Source: Anaeromyxobacteraceae bacterium (GTDB lineage: Bacteria > Myxococcota > Myxococcia > Myxococcales > Anaeromyxobacteraceae). From it: a DNA stretch of 64,000 nt. The notes under the pieces are model-generated. The model was not told the DNA's origin and did not search any database. It was given only the letters and a program-made list of their open reading frames with translations. The translations under genes and the position numbers were made by a program. Location: the NCBI GenBank assembly GCA_047602405.1, contig JASGHJ010000001.1, positions 928,001-992,000 of the forward strand, given 5' to 3'. Of this stretch, positions 9,730 to 22,326 are shown in pieces; positions within the stretch are counted from its first letter, which is position 1, and the number at the start of each line of letters is the position of its first letter.

Positions 9730-10344
9730 TCAGGGCGCCGCGCAGACACCCGCGGGGCAGGCCAGCCCGACCGCGCACTGCCAGGTGGCCGTGCAGTTCG
9801 CGCCGGCCGGCAGCCCGTCGAAGCGCTGGGCGGGGGCGGCCGGCAGGGCGGGCGCGAGGGCAGGCACGGGAGCGGGCGTCGCGGCCGGTGCCGCCGGCGG
9901 GACGGGCTGCGGCGCCGGCGTGACCGTGGGGCGCCAGTTCGGGTTGAGGGCACCGCACGCCTGCACGTTGCCGGTGATGCAGAGCGCGTTCTGGTTCTTC
10001 ACGGCCTGGCACTCCTGCGCCTTGCCGAACCCCGAGACCGCACTCGCGAGGCAGAGGGCGCCGAGGCCGAGGCTGAGGGCCATGCCACCGCCCTTGCCAT
10101 CCAGGCAGCTCTCCCCGGCGTAGGCGTCCTTGCAGTCCTTCATCCCGGCGATCACCGCGGTGTTCACGGCGAAGTAGCCCGTGCAGACGGAGTCGAGGAC
10201 CGGCGCGGCCGTCGAGCTCGTGCACTCGACCGGATAGTTGGGGGCGGGGACCGGGTCGGGTGCGCGCGACATGAACATGAACGAGCACCCGCCGCTCGGG
10301 ATCATCGTGAGCGCGAGCAGGACCGCGGTCGCCTTCCGGTGCAT
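9730..10344 (-). CDS. Cys-rich putative lipoprotein, hypothetical
   Basis: Signal-like N-terminus ending GGC, many Cys, Pro/Ala linker, C-terminal CTATWQCAVGLACPAGVC; SD GGAG. Confidence 0.7.
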   Translation of the reverse strand: MHRKATAVLLALTMIPSGGCSFMFMSRAPDPVPAPNYPVECTSSTAAPVLDSVCTGYFAVNTAVIAGMKDCKDAYAGESCLDGKGGGMALSLGLGALCLASAVSGFGKAQECQAVKNQNALCITGNVQACGALNPNWRPTVTPAPQPVPPAAPAATPAPVPALAPALPAAPAQRFDGLPAGANCTATWQCAVGLACPAGVCAAP

Positions 10345-10480
10345 GGCTTCTCCCCCCGGCGGCAGGGTCCCATCTTCACGCACGGTGTTCGCTGACGGGG
10401 GTCAAGGGGCAGCGCCCGCGCCCTGCGGCATCTCGCCTCGAAGGGGCCGCGGGTACGTGTTCCGGACCCTCGCCCCGGCG

Positions 10481-11572
10481 TCACGCCACCCGGAACCGCT
10501 CGGCGTCGGCGCGGCGCAGCTCGAGCCCGTGGCCGGGCCGGTCGCGCTGCGGCGCGAGGAGCCCGTCGACCACGCGCGGCGCGCCCTCGATCAGCGCCGC
10601 CTCGAGCCGGGCGTGGTCGTGGAACCACTCGGCGTGCATCGCGCCCTCCACCGCGCAGAGCGGCGCCGCATGCAGCGCGGGCGCGCAGTGCGACGAGACC
10701 GGGACGTGGAACGCGGCGGCGACCGCGGCGGAGGCGAGGAACCCGGTCACGCCGCCGCAGCGGGTCAGGTCGAGCTGCAGCACGTCCACCGCGCCCGCCT
10801 CCAGCATCCGCCGGAAGTACCCCGGCCCGTGGCCGTACTCGCCCCCGGCGACGTCCATCCCGGGCGGCGCACGGTCGCGCAGGAGACGCATGCCCTCGAG
10901 GTCGTCGGTCGCCACAGGCTCCTCGAACCACACCACGCCCTCGCCGGCGAGGACCTCCGCGAGCCCGAGCGCCTGCTTCCGCGAGAGCGCCCCGTTCGCG
11001 TCCACCATGAGCCCGACGTCGCCGACCGTCTCGCGCGCGGCGCGCACGCGGCCAGGATCGGCGCGCGGGTCCCGGCCGATCTTGAGCTTCACCGCCGCGA
11101 AGCCCGCCCGCGCCCAGCCGCCGAGCTGGTCGCGGAGCTCCTTGTCGGTCATCGAGCAGAACCCGCCGCTCCCGTACGCGGGCACCGCCACCCGGGCGCG
11201 GCCGAGGAGCGCCGCGAGCGGCACCTCGAGGAGCCGCGCCTTGAGGTCCCAGAGCGCGACGTCCACCGCGCTGAGCGCCATGCCGCCGATCCCCTGCGTG
11301 CCCTGGTTGCGGAGCGCCGCGCGCGTCGCCCGGTGCGCCGCCTGGGGGTCGAGCGCGTCGAGCCCGCGGATGGTCGGGGCGAGCTTCGCGATGACCGGGG
11401 CGGCCGCGGCGTCGGCGTAGGTGTACCCGAATCCCCGCTTCCCGCCGCCCTCCACCTCGGCGGTGACGAGCGTCGTCGCCGTCCACTCGAGCGTGCCGTC
11501 CGACTCGGGCCGCTCCGTCGGGTACCGGTACGCCGCCGCGCCGAGCTTCTCGATGGTGGCCGCGGGCCGCAC
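10481..11572 (-). CDS. Mandelate racemase / enolase superfamily protein
   Basis: DVALWDLKAR, KLK, MVDANG, WFEEP, AGGEY, SSHC. Confidence 0.9.
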   Translation of the reverse strand: MRPAATIEKLGAAAYRYPTERPESDGTLEWTATTLVTAEVEGGGKRGFGYTYADAAAAPVIAKLAPTIRGLDALDPQAAHRATRAALRNQGTQGIGGMALSAVDVALWDLKARLLEVPLAALLGRARVAVPAYGSGGFCSMTDKELRDQLGGWARAGFAAVKLKIGRDPRADPGRVRAARETVGDVGLMVDANGALSRKQALGLAEVLAGEGVVWFEEPVATDDLEGMRLLRDRAPPGMDVAGGEYGHGPGYFRRMLEAGAVDVLQLDLTRCGGVTGFLASAAVAAAFHVPVSSHCAPALHAAPLCAVEGAMHAEWFHDHARLEAALIEGAPRVVDGLLAPQRDRPGHGLELRRADAERFRVA

Positions 11573-11575
11573 CGC

Positions 11576-13354
11576 TCACCTCTCGTGCGGCAGGATCCCC
11601 TCGATGGCGTCGCGCCAGGAGCGCACGATCATCGCGCCGCGGTCGGGGTCGCCCCGCAGGATGGACTCGAGGTAGTGCTTCGCCTGCTCGCGCGTGATGT
11701 GCGGCGGGAGCGGCGGGACCGACGGGTCGGTGCGCGCCTGCACGAGGCACGGCCGGTCCGCGGCGAGGGCCGCGTCCCACGCCGGCGCGATGTCCTCCGG
11801 CTGGTCGATCCGCCGCGCGAGGAGGCCCAGCGACTCGGCGAAGCCGGCGTAGTCGACGGGCGGCAGGTCCTGGGAGGCCTCGAGCTTCGGCTGGCCGGTC
11901 ATCACCCGCTGCTCCCAGGTCACCATGTTGAGGTCCTCGTTCACGAGCACGAGCACCACGAGGCGCGGGTCCTTCCACCGTCGCCAGTACTTCGCGACCG
12001 TTACGAGCTCCCCCATGCCGTTCATCTGCATCGCGCCGTCGCCGGCGAGCGCGAACACCACCCGGTCCGGGTGCGCGAACTTCGCGCCGATCGCGTACGG
12101 CACGGCGGGGCCCATCGTCGCGAGGTTGCCGGAGAGGGACGCGAGCATGCCGTCGCGGATCTTGAGGTCCCGCGCGAACCAGTTGGCGGTCGTGCCGGAG
12201 TCGGCCGCGAGGATGCAGCGATCGGGCAGCCGCGGCGAGAGCTCCCAGAAGACGCGCTGGGGGTTCACCGGCCTCGCCGGGTTCATCGCCCGCGCCTCCT
12301 GCACCTTCCAGGAGCTCCTGACCTCGGCCTGGATCTGCTCGCGCCACGCCCGGTCCTCGTGGGGCCGCAGCAGCGGCAGGAGCGCCCGCAGCGTCTCGGC
12401 CGCGTCGCCGACGAGGTTCACCTCCATCGGGTAGCGGATGGAGAGCATCTTGCCGTCGAGGTCGACCTGGACACCCCGCGCCTGGCCCTCCTTCGGCAGG
12501 AACTCGGGGTAGGGGAACGACGAGCCGACCATGAGCAGCGTGTCGCAGTCGCTCATGAGCCGCCACGAGGCGCGCGTGCCGAGGAGGCCGATGGAGCCGG
12601 TGACGTAGGGGAGGTCGTCCGGCAGCACCTGCTTGCCGAGGAGGGCCTTCGCGACGCCGGCGCCGAGCCGCTCCGCGACCGCGCGCACCTCCGGCGCCGC
12701 CGACCGCGCGCCCGCGCCGACCAGCATCGCCGGCCGCTTCCCGGCGTTCAGCACCTCCGCGGCGCGGGCGAGGTCGCGCGCGGCCGGGACCACCCGCGGG
12801 GCGGACCAGCCCATCCCGCTGTGCACCGTCGAGTGCTCGTGCGGCGGCGCCTCGTAGGCGAGCTCCTGCACGTCGTTCGGGATGACGAGGCAGGTCACCG
12901 TCCGCTCCGCGAGCGCGATGCGGAACGCGCGGTCGACGAGGTGCCGGGCCTGCGCCGGGACCATCATGGTCTGCACGTAGGAGGCGGCGACGTCCTTGAA
13001 GAGCGACGGGAGATCGACCTCCTGCTGGTACGAGCCGCCGATCGCGGCGCGCGCCGACTGCCCGACGATCGCGACCACCGGCTGGTGGTCCATCCGCGCG
13101 TCGTAGAGGCCGTTCAGCAGGTGGATGGCGCCCGGGCCGGAGGTGGCCAAACACACGCCGGGCTCGCCGGTGAACTTCGCGTGCGCGCACGCCATGAAGG
13201 CGGCCATCTCCTCGTGCCGGGCCTGTACGAAGTCGACGCCTTCGACGTGGTGAAACGCGTTGAAGACCCCGTTGATGCCGTCGCCCGGGTACCCGAAGAT
13301 CCGCTTCACGCCCCAGGCCGCGACCCTCCGCAGCACGTACTCCCCTACCGTCAT
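11576..13354 (-). CDS. Thiamine-pyrophosphate-requiring enzyme (pyruvate oxidase-like)
   Basis: FGYPGDGING, ARHEE, TSGPG, GDGAMQMNG TPP motif. Confidence 0.92.
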   Translation of the reverse strand: MTVGEYVLRRVAAWGVKRIFGYPGDGINGVFNAFHHVEGVDFVQARHEEMAAFMACAHAKFTGEPGVCLATSGPGAIHLLNGLYDARMDHQPVVAIVGQSARAAIGGSYQQEVDLPSLFKDVAASYVQTMMVPAQARHLVDRAFRIALAERTVTCLVIPNDVQELAYEAPPHEHSTVHSGMGWSAPRVVPAARDLARAAEVLNAGKRPAMLVGAGARSAAPEVRAVAERLGAGVAKALLGKQVLPDDLPYVTGSIGLLGTRASWRLMSDCDTLLMVGSSFPYPEFLPKEGQARGVQVDLDGKMLSIRYPMEVNLVGDAAETLRALLPLLRPHEDRAWREQIQAEVRSSWKVQEARAMNPARPVNPQRVFWELSPRLPDRCILAADSGTTANWFARDLKIRDGMLASLSGNLATMGPAVPYAIGAKFAHPDRVVFALAGDGAMQMNGMGELVTVAKYWRRWKDPRLVVLVLVNEDLNMVTWEQRVMTGQPKLEASQDLPPVDYAGFAESLGLLARRIDQPEDIAPAWDAALAADRPCLVQARTDPSVPPLPPHITREQAKHYLESILRGDPDRGAMIVRSWRDAIEGILPHER

Positions 13355-13424
13355 GGGTGGCCTCTGACCGAACCTAGGGATCGGCGTGCACCCGGGCCGG
13401 TTCGTGGCGACCGTGCGGACAGGC

Positions 13425-15230
13425 GTGAGGCACATCGAGGACTACGCCCTCGTGGGCGACATGCAGACGGCGGCCCTCGTCCACCGCGACGGGGCGATCG
13501 ACTGGCTGTGCCTGCCGCGCTTCGACTCCGACGCGTGCTTCGCGCGGCTGCTCGGGGACGAGGCGCACGGCACCTGGACGCTCGGCCCGGCGAACGGGCC
13601 CCCGCTCCGCCCGCCGGAGCGGCGCTACCTCGAGGACTCGCTCGTGCTCGAGACCGTGCACCACGCGCGCGGCGGCGACCTCCGGGTGCTGGACCTCATG
13701 CCGCCTCGCGGCGAGGAGCCGGATCTCGTCCGCATCGTCGAGTGCACGCGCGGCCGGGTGCGGGTCGAGTCCTCGCTCGTGCCCCGGTTCGCCTACGGGG
13801 CGCAGCTCCCCTGGGTGCGGGTCAGCCCGGGCAGGGCCTCGCTCGTCGCGGGCGGGGACGCGCTCGAGCTCGCGACCGACCTCGGTGGCGTGGCCTCCCT
13901 CGAGCGCTGGGAGGACGGGGTCGTCTCGGCGTTCGAGCTCGGCCAGGGCGAGCGGACGGCGTTCGTGCTCACGTGGCATCCCTCGCACCGGCCGGCGCCC
14001 CGCCCCGTCGACCCGCTGCGCGCGCTCGAGGAGACGCTCGCGTACTGGCGGGAGTGGTCGGCCCGCTGCACCTACCGGGGCCCGTGGCGCGAGGCGGTGG
14101 TCCGCTCGCTCGTGACGCTGAAGGCGCTCACCTTCGCGCCGAGCGGCGGCATCGTGGCCGCGCCGACGACGTCGCTCCCGGAGACGCTCGGCGGCGTGCG
14201 GAACTGGGACTACCGCTTCTCGTGGCTGCGCGACGCGACCTACACCCTGCTCGCGCTCCTGCGCGCGGGCTACGTCGAAGAGGCGGCGGCGTGGCGGGCC
14301 TGGCTCCTGCGCGCGACGGCGGGCCACCCGGCGCAGCTGCAGATCCTGTACGGCGTCGCGGGGGAGCGCCGGCTCACCGAGGTCGAGCTCCCGTGGCTCC
14401 CCGGCTACGCGGGCTCGCGGCCGGTGCGGATCGGCAACGCCGCCTGCGAGCAGCGCCAGCTCGACGTGTACGGGGAGCTGATGGACTGCCTCCACCAGGC
14501 GCGCCTGAGCGGCGCCGCCCCGGACGGCGAGGCCTGGGACTTCCAGCGCCGGCTCCTCGACCACCTCGAGGGGATCTGGCGCGAGCCGGACGAGGGCATC
14601 TGGGAGCCGCGGAGCGGCCGGCGGCAGCTCACCCACTCGAAGGTGATGGCGTGGGTCGCGTTCGACCGCGCGGTGGCGGGCGTGGAGCGGCTCGGGCTCA
14701 CGGGACCGGTGGAGCGCTGGCGGCGGGTGCGCGCGGAGCTCCACGCGGACGTGCTCGCGCACGGATTCGACGCCGCCCGCGGCACGTTCGTGCAGGCGTA
14801 CGGCGGCCACGAGGTGGACGCGGCCCTGCTCATGATCCCGCTCGTCGGCTTCCTGCCGGGGTCGGACCCGCGCGTGCTCGGCACGATCGCCGCCGTCGAG
14901 CGGGAGCTCAGGCCCGGGGCCGGGCTCGTGCGGCGCTACCGGTCCGGGCGCGCGCCGGACGGGCTGCCCCCGGGCGAGGGCGCGTTCCTGCCGTGCTCGT
15001 TCTGGCTCGTGGGGGCGCTGCGCATGGCGGGGCGGCACGCCGAGGCGCGCGCGCTCTTCGAGCGGCTGCTCGCGCTCCGGAACGACGTGGGGCTGCTCTC
15101 GGAGGAGTACGACGACGTGGCCGGGCTGCAGCTCGGCAATTTCCCGCAGGCGTTCTCGCACGTCGCGCTCGTGAACGCGGCCATGGGCCTCGCCGGCGGC
15201 GAGGACCAGGGGCCGCAGCGGCACGGGTGA
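13425..15230 (+). CDS. Glycoside hydrolase family 15 (trehalase/glucoamylase-like)
   Basis: IEDYALVGD, APTTSLPE, RNWDYR, WLRD, QLDVYGE, GIWE, LLSEE, GNFPQAFSH; start may be 13386. Confidence 0.92.
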   Translation: MRHIEDYALVGDMQTAALVHRDGAIDWLCLPRFDSDACFARLLGDEAHGTWTLGPANGPPLRPPERRYLEDSLVLETVHHARGGDLRVLDLMPPRGEEPDLVRIVECTRGRVRVESSLVPRFAYGAQLPWVRVSPGRASLVAGGDALELATDLGGVASLERWEDGVVSAFELGQGERTAFVLTWHPSHRPAPRPVDPLRALEETLAYWREWSARCTYRGPWREAVVRSLVTLKALTFAPSGGIVAAPTTSLPETLGGVRNWDYRFSWLRDATYTLLALLRAGYVEEAAAWRAWLLRATAGHPAQLQILYGVAGERRLTEVELPWLPGYAGSRPVRIGNAACEQRQLDVYGELMDCLHQARLSGAAPDGEAWDFQRRLLDHLEGIWREPDEGIWEPRSGRRQLTHSKVMAWVAFDRAVAGVERLGLTGPVERWRRVRAELHADVLAHGFDAARGTFVQAYGGHEVDAALLMIPLVGFLPGSDPRVLGTIAAVERELRPGAGLVRRYRSGRAPDGLPPGEGAFLPCSFWLVGALRMAGRHAEARALFERLLALRNDVGLLSEEYDDVAGLQLGNFPQAFSHVALVNAAMGLAGGEDQGPQRHG

Positions 15231-15231
15231 G

Positions 15232-18200
15232 TCAGGCGCCCGCGAGGAGCATCGCCTCCGCGAGGTGCAGCGCGCGGCGGCCGGTGCCGTGCTCGATCTG
15301 CGTCCGGCAGGAGAACCCGTCCGCGAGGACGAGCCGGTCCTCGGGCGCGGCCCGCACGGCCGGCCAGAGCTTCCGCTCGGCGCAGGCGACGGAGACCCGG
15401 TACCGGTCGCCGGCCTCGAACCCGAAGGCGCCGGCCATGCCGCAGCAGCCCTCCTCGGGCCGCTCCACCCGGACGCCCAGCCGCGCGAGGACGCGCAGGT
15501 GCGGCCCCTCGTCGAGCACCGCGTGCTCGTGGCAGTGCACCTGGAGGAGCGCGGGCCGGTCGAGCCGGCCGAGCGGGAAGCCCGGGTCGGCCTCGACGAG
15601 CTCCGCGAGCGTCTTCACGGCGCCGGCGACGGCCCGCGCCCGCGGGTCGTCCGGGAACAGCTGGTGGGCCTCGTCGCGGAAGACCGCGGCGCACGAGGGC
15701 TCGAGCACCACGATGGGCCGCCCGGCGCGGGCCGCGGGCGCGAGCGCGGACAGGGCGTCGTCGAGCGTGCGCCGGGCGCGGTCGAGCCAGCCGTGGTCGT
15801 AGAGCGGCCGGCCGCAGCAGAGCGGCGTGTCCGGCACCTCCACCGAGTAGCCGCCGCGCTCCAGCACCGCGGTGGCCGCCCGGCCGACCTCCGGGTGGAA
15901 GTGGTTCGTGAAGGTGTCCGGGAAGAGGAGCGCGCGCCGGGCCTGGGTCGCCGCGAGCGGCGCGGCGACGGGCCCGCGGCGCCGCGCCTCGAACCAGCGC
16001 CGGAACGTCCGCGGCGCGAACGCGGGCACCGGCCGCGCCCGGGCCACGCCGGCGGCGAGCTTCCCGAGCGCCGAGACCCCCGGCGCCCGCGCGAGCGCGT
16101 TCACGAGCCCGGGCGCGAGCGCCGCGAGGTGCGCCCAGCTCGAGACGAGCCCCATCGCGTACGCCGCCCGGGGGCGCAGGCGCCCCGCGTACCGGTGCGC
16201 GAGGAACTCGGCCCGGTAGCTCGCCATGTCGACCTGCATCGGGCAGTCGCGCCGGCAGCCCTTGCACGAGAGGCACAGGTGCAGCGCGTCCTCGACCTCG
16301 CGCGCCTGCCAGCCGCCCTTCACCGGGTCGCCCACCAGCATCTCGTGGAGCAGCCGCGCGCGGCCGCGCGTCGAGTGCGCCTCCTCGCGGGTCACCCGGT
16401 AGCTCGGGCACATCACCCCGCCCTCGTCCCGGCGGCACTCGCCCACGCCCACGCAGCGCAGCACCGCGCGGCCGAAGGAGCCGTCGTCGTCGGGCCAGCG
16501 GAAGTGCGTCCGCGGCCGCGCCTCCTCGAAGCCGGGCCCGAGCCGGAGGTTGGCGGTGTTCGGGTGCGGGTCCACGACCTTCCCCGGGTTCATCTTCCAG
16601 TCGGGGTCCCAGATCCGCTTGAAGCGGCGGAAGGCGTCCACGAGCTCGGGGCCGTACATCCGCACGAGGAGCTCGCCCCGCGACTGCCCGTCGCCGTGCT
16701 CGCCCGAGAGCGAGCCGCCGAGCGAGGTGACGAGGTCGGCGGCCGCCTCGGTGAACCGGTGGTAGCGCGCGACGCCCTCGCGGGACGCGAGGTCGAAGGT
16801 GATCCGCGTGTGCACGCAGCCCTGGCCGAAGTGGCCGTAGAGCGCGCCCTGGTAGCCGAAGCGGTCGTAGAGGGCCCGGAGCTTCCGCAGGTACTCGCCG
16901 AGCCGCTCCGGGGCGACGGCGGAGTCCTCCCAGCCCTCCCACGTGTCGCGCTCGCCCGGCACCCGCGCGCTCGCGCCGAGGCCGGACTCGCGGATGCGCC
17001 AGACGAGCGCCTCCTCGCCGGCGTCCTCGTAGTGCTTCATCGACGGCGCGCCGCGGCCGCGCCGGAGGTGGCGCATCGCCTCCCGGGCGTGGTCCGCCGC
17101 CGCCCCGGCGTCCTCGCCGCCGAACTCCACGAGCAGCCAGCCGCGGCCGGGCGGCAACAGCCCGAGGTTGCCGGCGTGGAGCCCCTTCCTGCGCATGTCC
17201 TCGACGAGCACGTCGTCCATGGCCTCGAGGCCGATGGGGCCCGTGGCGCGCACGTCCGGCACCGCGTCCGCGGCGGCGAAGACGTCCGGGTAGCCGAGCA
17301 CCACGAGCGCGCGGCCGGGCGGGCTCGTCACGAGGCGCACCTCGGCCTCGAGCACGGTCACGCAGGTCCCCTCCGAGCCCACGAGCGCGCGGGCGAGGTC
17401 GAAGCCGCGCTCGTCGAGCAGCGCGTCGAGGCCGTACCCGGAGACGCGGCGGGGGATCCTCGGGTAGCGCGCCCGGACCAGCCCGCCGACGTCGCCGCGC
17501 AGCGTGTCGAGCGCGGTCACGATGCCGTCGAGGCGCGAGCGCCCCGCCTTCGCGCGGGCGAGCGTCGCCGCGTCCACCTTGCCGACCCACGCGTCGAGGC
17601 CGTCGTAGGTGAGGATCCGGAGGCGCTCGACGTTGTCGGCGGTGCGGCCGGCCATCTGCGAGTGCACGCCGCAGGAGTCGTTGCCGATCATCCCGCCGAG
17701 CGTGTTGTGCGTGTGGGTGGCCGGGTCGGGCCCGAAGGTGAGGTGGTGGCGCTCCGCGGCCCCGCGCAGCGCGTCGAGCACGACGCCCGGCTCCACGCGG
17801 GCGAGGCGGCGGTCCGGGTCGAGCGCCCGGATGGTGGTGAGGTACTTCGAGCAGTCGAGCACCACCGCGACGTTGCAGCACTCGCCGGCGAGGCTCGTGC
17901 CGCCCCCGCGCGGCAGCACGGGCGCGCCGTGGCGCCGGCAGACCGCGACCGCCGCGATGACGTCCTCGAGCGTGCGCGGCACCACGACGCCGATCGGCAC
18001 CTGGCGGTAGTTCGAGGCGTCCGTCGCGTACAGCCCGCGCGCGCCGGGGTCGAAGCGCACCTCGGCGCCGGTCTCGCGGCGCAGCTCCTCCTCGAGCGCC
18101 CGGGCGGCCTCGGGTGGAAAGGCCTCCCGCGCGCCGTACGGCACCTCCTCCGCCCGCACGCGGACCAGGGGCATGGCCGACGGGCCGATGCCGGGGATCT

Positions 18201-18234
18201 CGGCGCGCGTGCCCACGTCCGGGCCGCGTTCCAT
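15232..18234 (-). CDS. FAD-linked oxidase with 4Fe-4S and CCG domains (D-2-hydroxyacid dehydrogenase-like)
   Basis: RGGGTSLAG, GSEGT, SGEHGDG, CVGVGEC, CLSCKGCRRDCP, CCG motifs. Confidence 0.92.
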   Translation of the reverse strand: MERGPDVGTRAEIPGIGPSAMPLVRVRAEEVPYGAREAFPPEAARALEEELRRETGAEVRFDPGARGLYATDASNYRQVPIGVVVPRTLEDVIAAVAVCRRHGAPVLPRGGGTSLAGECCNVAVVLDCSKYLTTIRALDPDRRLARVEPGVVLDALRGAAERHHLTFGPDPATHTHNTLGGMIGNDSCGVHSQMAGRTADNVERLRILTYDGLDAWVGKVDAATLARAKAGRSRLDGIVTALDTLRGDVGGLVRARYPRIPRRVSGYGLDALLDERGFDLARALVGSEGTCVTVLEAEVRLVTSPPGRALVVLGYPDVFAAADAVPDVRATGPIGLEAMDDVLVEDMRRKGLHAGNLGLLPPGRGWLLVEFGGEDAGAAADHAREAMRHLRRGRGAPSMKHYEDAGEEALVWRIRESGLGASARVPGERDTWEGWEDSAVAPERLGEYLRKLRALYDRFGYQGALYGHFGQGCVHTRITFDLASREGVARYHRFTEAAADLVTSLGGSLSGEHGDGQSRGELLVRMYGPELVDAFRRFKRIWDPDWKMNPGKVVDPHPNTANLRLGPGFEEARPRTHFRWPDDDGSFGRAVLRCVGVGECRRDEGGVMCPSYRVTREEAHSTRGRARLLHEMLVGDPVKGGWQAREVEDALHLCLSCKGCRRDCPMQVDMASYRAEFLAHRYAGRLRPRAAYAMGLVSSWAHLAALAPGLVNALARAPGVSALGKLAAGVARARPVPAFAPRTFRRWFEARRRGPVAAPLAATQARRALLFPDTFTNHFHPEVGRAATAVLERGGYSVEVPDTPLCCGRPLYDHGWLDRARRTLDDALSALAPAARAGRPIVVLEPSCAAVFRDEAHQLFPDDPRARAVAGAVKTLAELVEADPGFPLGRLDRPALLQVHCHEHAVLDEGPHLRVLARLGVRVERPEEGCCGMAGAFGFEAGDRYRVSVACAERKLWPAVRAAPEDRLVLADGFSCRTQIEHGTGRRALHLAEAMLLAGA

Positions 18235-18286
18235 GATCGAAGGTAGGGTGCTGCGGGGCCCGGAGCCCCGCCCGGCGGGGCCGGGC

Positions 18287-18982
18287 TCAGACCTTCGGGT
18301 TCTTCCCGTGCGACAGCACGAGGACGACGCCGGCGACCTCCTCGAGCACGAGCTCGAGGCGCGTCGCGACGTCCAGCTCCTCGAGCACCCGCTGGCGGGT
18401 CTCGGGATCCGAGACCGCGGCCGCGGTGACGAGGTCGGTGATGGCGGAGGGGTCCGTCATCTGCGCGACCGCCTCGGCGAGCTGCGGCGCGCCGGACTCG
18501 ACGGGCAGGCGGCGCGAGAGGTCGTAGACGATCTGGCGGAGCGCGTCGACCTCGTCGGCGAGCGCGCGGGGCCCGCCCTCCGGCCAGACGTCCTCGACGA
18601 TCTCGGCCCGGAAGCTGCGGTAGCCGCGCTCGGAGAGCGGGTGCTCCTCGAGCAGGCGCACCCGCGCGACGCCGCGGACGACGATGTCGAAGCGGCCGTC
18701 CGGGTAGCGCTCCTCGGCCTCGATGATGCCGGCGCCGCAGAGCGGCCGGAGCGGCGGGCGCTGCTCGTTCGCGCCGGCGCGCGAGACGAGCGCGGGCACG
18801 CACAGCACGCGGTTGCCCGCGAGCGCGTCGCTCACGAGCGCCCGGTACCTCGGCTCGAAGATGTGGAAGGGGGTCGGCGTGCCGGGGAGGATGGCCGCGC
18901 CGTGCAGCGGGAACACCCGGAGGGCGGCGCAGGCGCCTGCCAGCGCCGCCCTCGGATCCTTCGAGGCGAAGTCCTTCGCCAG
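18287..18982 (-). CDS. Lon N-terminal substrate-binding domain protein; probable CTG start
   Basis: LRVFPL, PFHIFEPRY, DGRFDIVVRG; SD AGGGAG 5 nt before CTG 18982. Confidence 0.8.
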   Translation of the reverse strand: MAKDFASKDPRAALAGACAALRVFPLHGAAILPGTPTPFHIFEPRYRALVSDALAGNRVLCVPALVSRAGANEQRPPLRPLCGAGIIEAEERYPDGRFDIVVRGVARVRLLEEHPLSERGYRSFRAEIVEDVWPEGGPRALADEVDALRQIVYDLSRRLPVESGAPQLAEAVAQMTDPSAITDLVTAAAVSDPETRQRVLEELDVATRLELVLEEVAGVVLVLSHGKNPKV

Positions 18983-18991
18983 GACCGCTCC

Positions 18992-21472
<2,481 letters not shown>

Positions 21473-21565
21473 GCGGGACGGCTCCCCTCCGGAATTCGGA
21501 GAATCCGTGGAAAAACGGGTTGTTGCGGGGCAATAGGCCGCGCGAAGCCCAAACGGGAACGCCGG

Positions 21566-21595
21566 ATACTACAGGTGCGCTTCCCGGTATGGCAA
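21566..21595 (-). promoter_or_regulatory. Candidate sigma70 promoter of hppA
   Basis: TTGCCA-N18-TAGTAT on minus strand ~95 nt upstream of ATG. Confidence 0.5.
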
Positions 21596-21741
21596 GCGTC
21601 TACGGGAGCTTGGGACACTTCTTGGCGCAGGGCGCCGTCGACCGACGCATTCAGGCGAGCACCCCACAGTGGGGGATCCCCGCGTACCTCGCCGGGATTC
21701 CCGCGGATCACCGGACGGGCCGACCAGCGCGACGGCGAGTC

Positions 21742-22323
21742 CTAGAGGCCGGCCGCCGAGGGCTGGCCCGCGGCGGCGCCGGAGCCGGCGTCGAGGGCGG
21801 CGAAGTTGATGTTGAAGTAGCCGGCCACGCCCGCCGAGAACATCACGCGCTTCACGATCCGGAACGGGACCCCGGTGTCGGCCTGGATGTTCACCATGCC
21901 GTCCCACTTCTTGTTCGGGTCCTGCTGGTGGATGAAGTCCCAGCGCTTCTTCTCGTCGCGCAGCCGCTCCTCGAGGGCGGGGATGTTGAGGTAGCCGGAG
22001 TCCGAGTCGAGCTCGGCGATGTCCGCCACCTTCACGCCCGTGACCGTGAGCTGGTTCGGCGAGATGGCCACCACCGGCGCGATCTCGATGAGCTGCCCGT
22101 GCTGCGCGGTGGGGAGCTTGATGTCCTTCTGCATGTAGAGCACCTCGCCGGTGCTCGAGAACTGCTGCAGGAGGAAGATGACGAGCATCGTCATCATGTC
22201 GACCATCGGGACGACGTTGAGCTCCGCGTTGGTCGAGCGGTGGCCCTTCTCCATCTTGCCGCCGAGCACCTTCGACTTCGCGAAGCGCGGGGCGGGCCGC
22301 TTGCCGGGGGCGACGATCGGCAT
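21742..22323 (-). CDS. aglS: ExbD/TolR-family motor subunit, AglS-like
   Basis: LNVVPMVDMMTMLVIFLL TM with conserved Asp, IQAD; third gene of a TolQ-TolR-TolR triad. Confidence 0.7.
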   Translation of the reverse strand: MPIVAPGKRPAPRFAKSKVLGGKMEKGHRSTNAELNVVPMVDMMTMLVIFLLQQFSSTGEVLYMQKDIKLPTAQHGQLIEIAPVVAISPNQLTVTGVKVADIAELDSDSGYLNIPALEERLRDEKKRWDFIHQQDPNKKWDGMVNIQADTGVPFRIVKRVMFSAGVAGYFNINFAALDAGSGAAAGQPSAAGL

Positions 22324-22326
22324 CGT

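Noticed and set aside
10238..15802. Very long alternative ORFs (1854 aa here; also 4241..8416, 25476..30521, 49399..54453, 53958..57812, 59138..63226)
   Set aside because: Arg/Gly/Pro-rich shadow frames overlapping motif-supported genes; expected from stop-codon scarcity at high GC.
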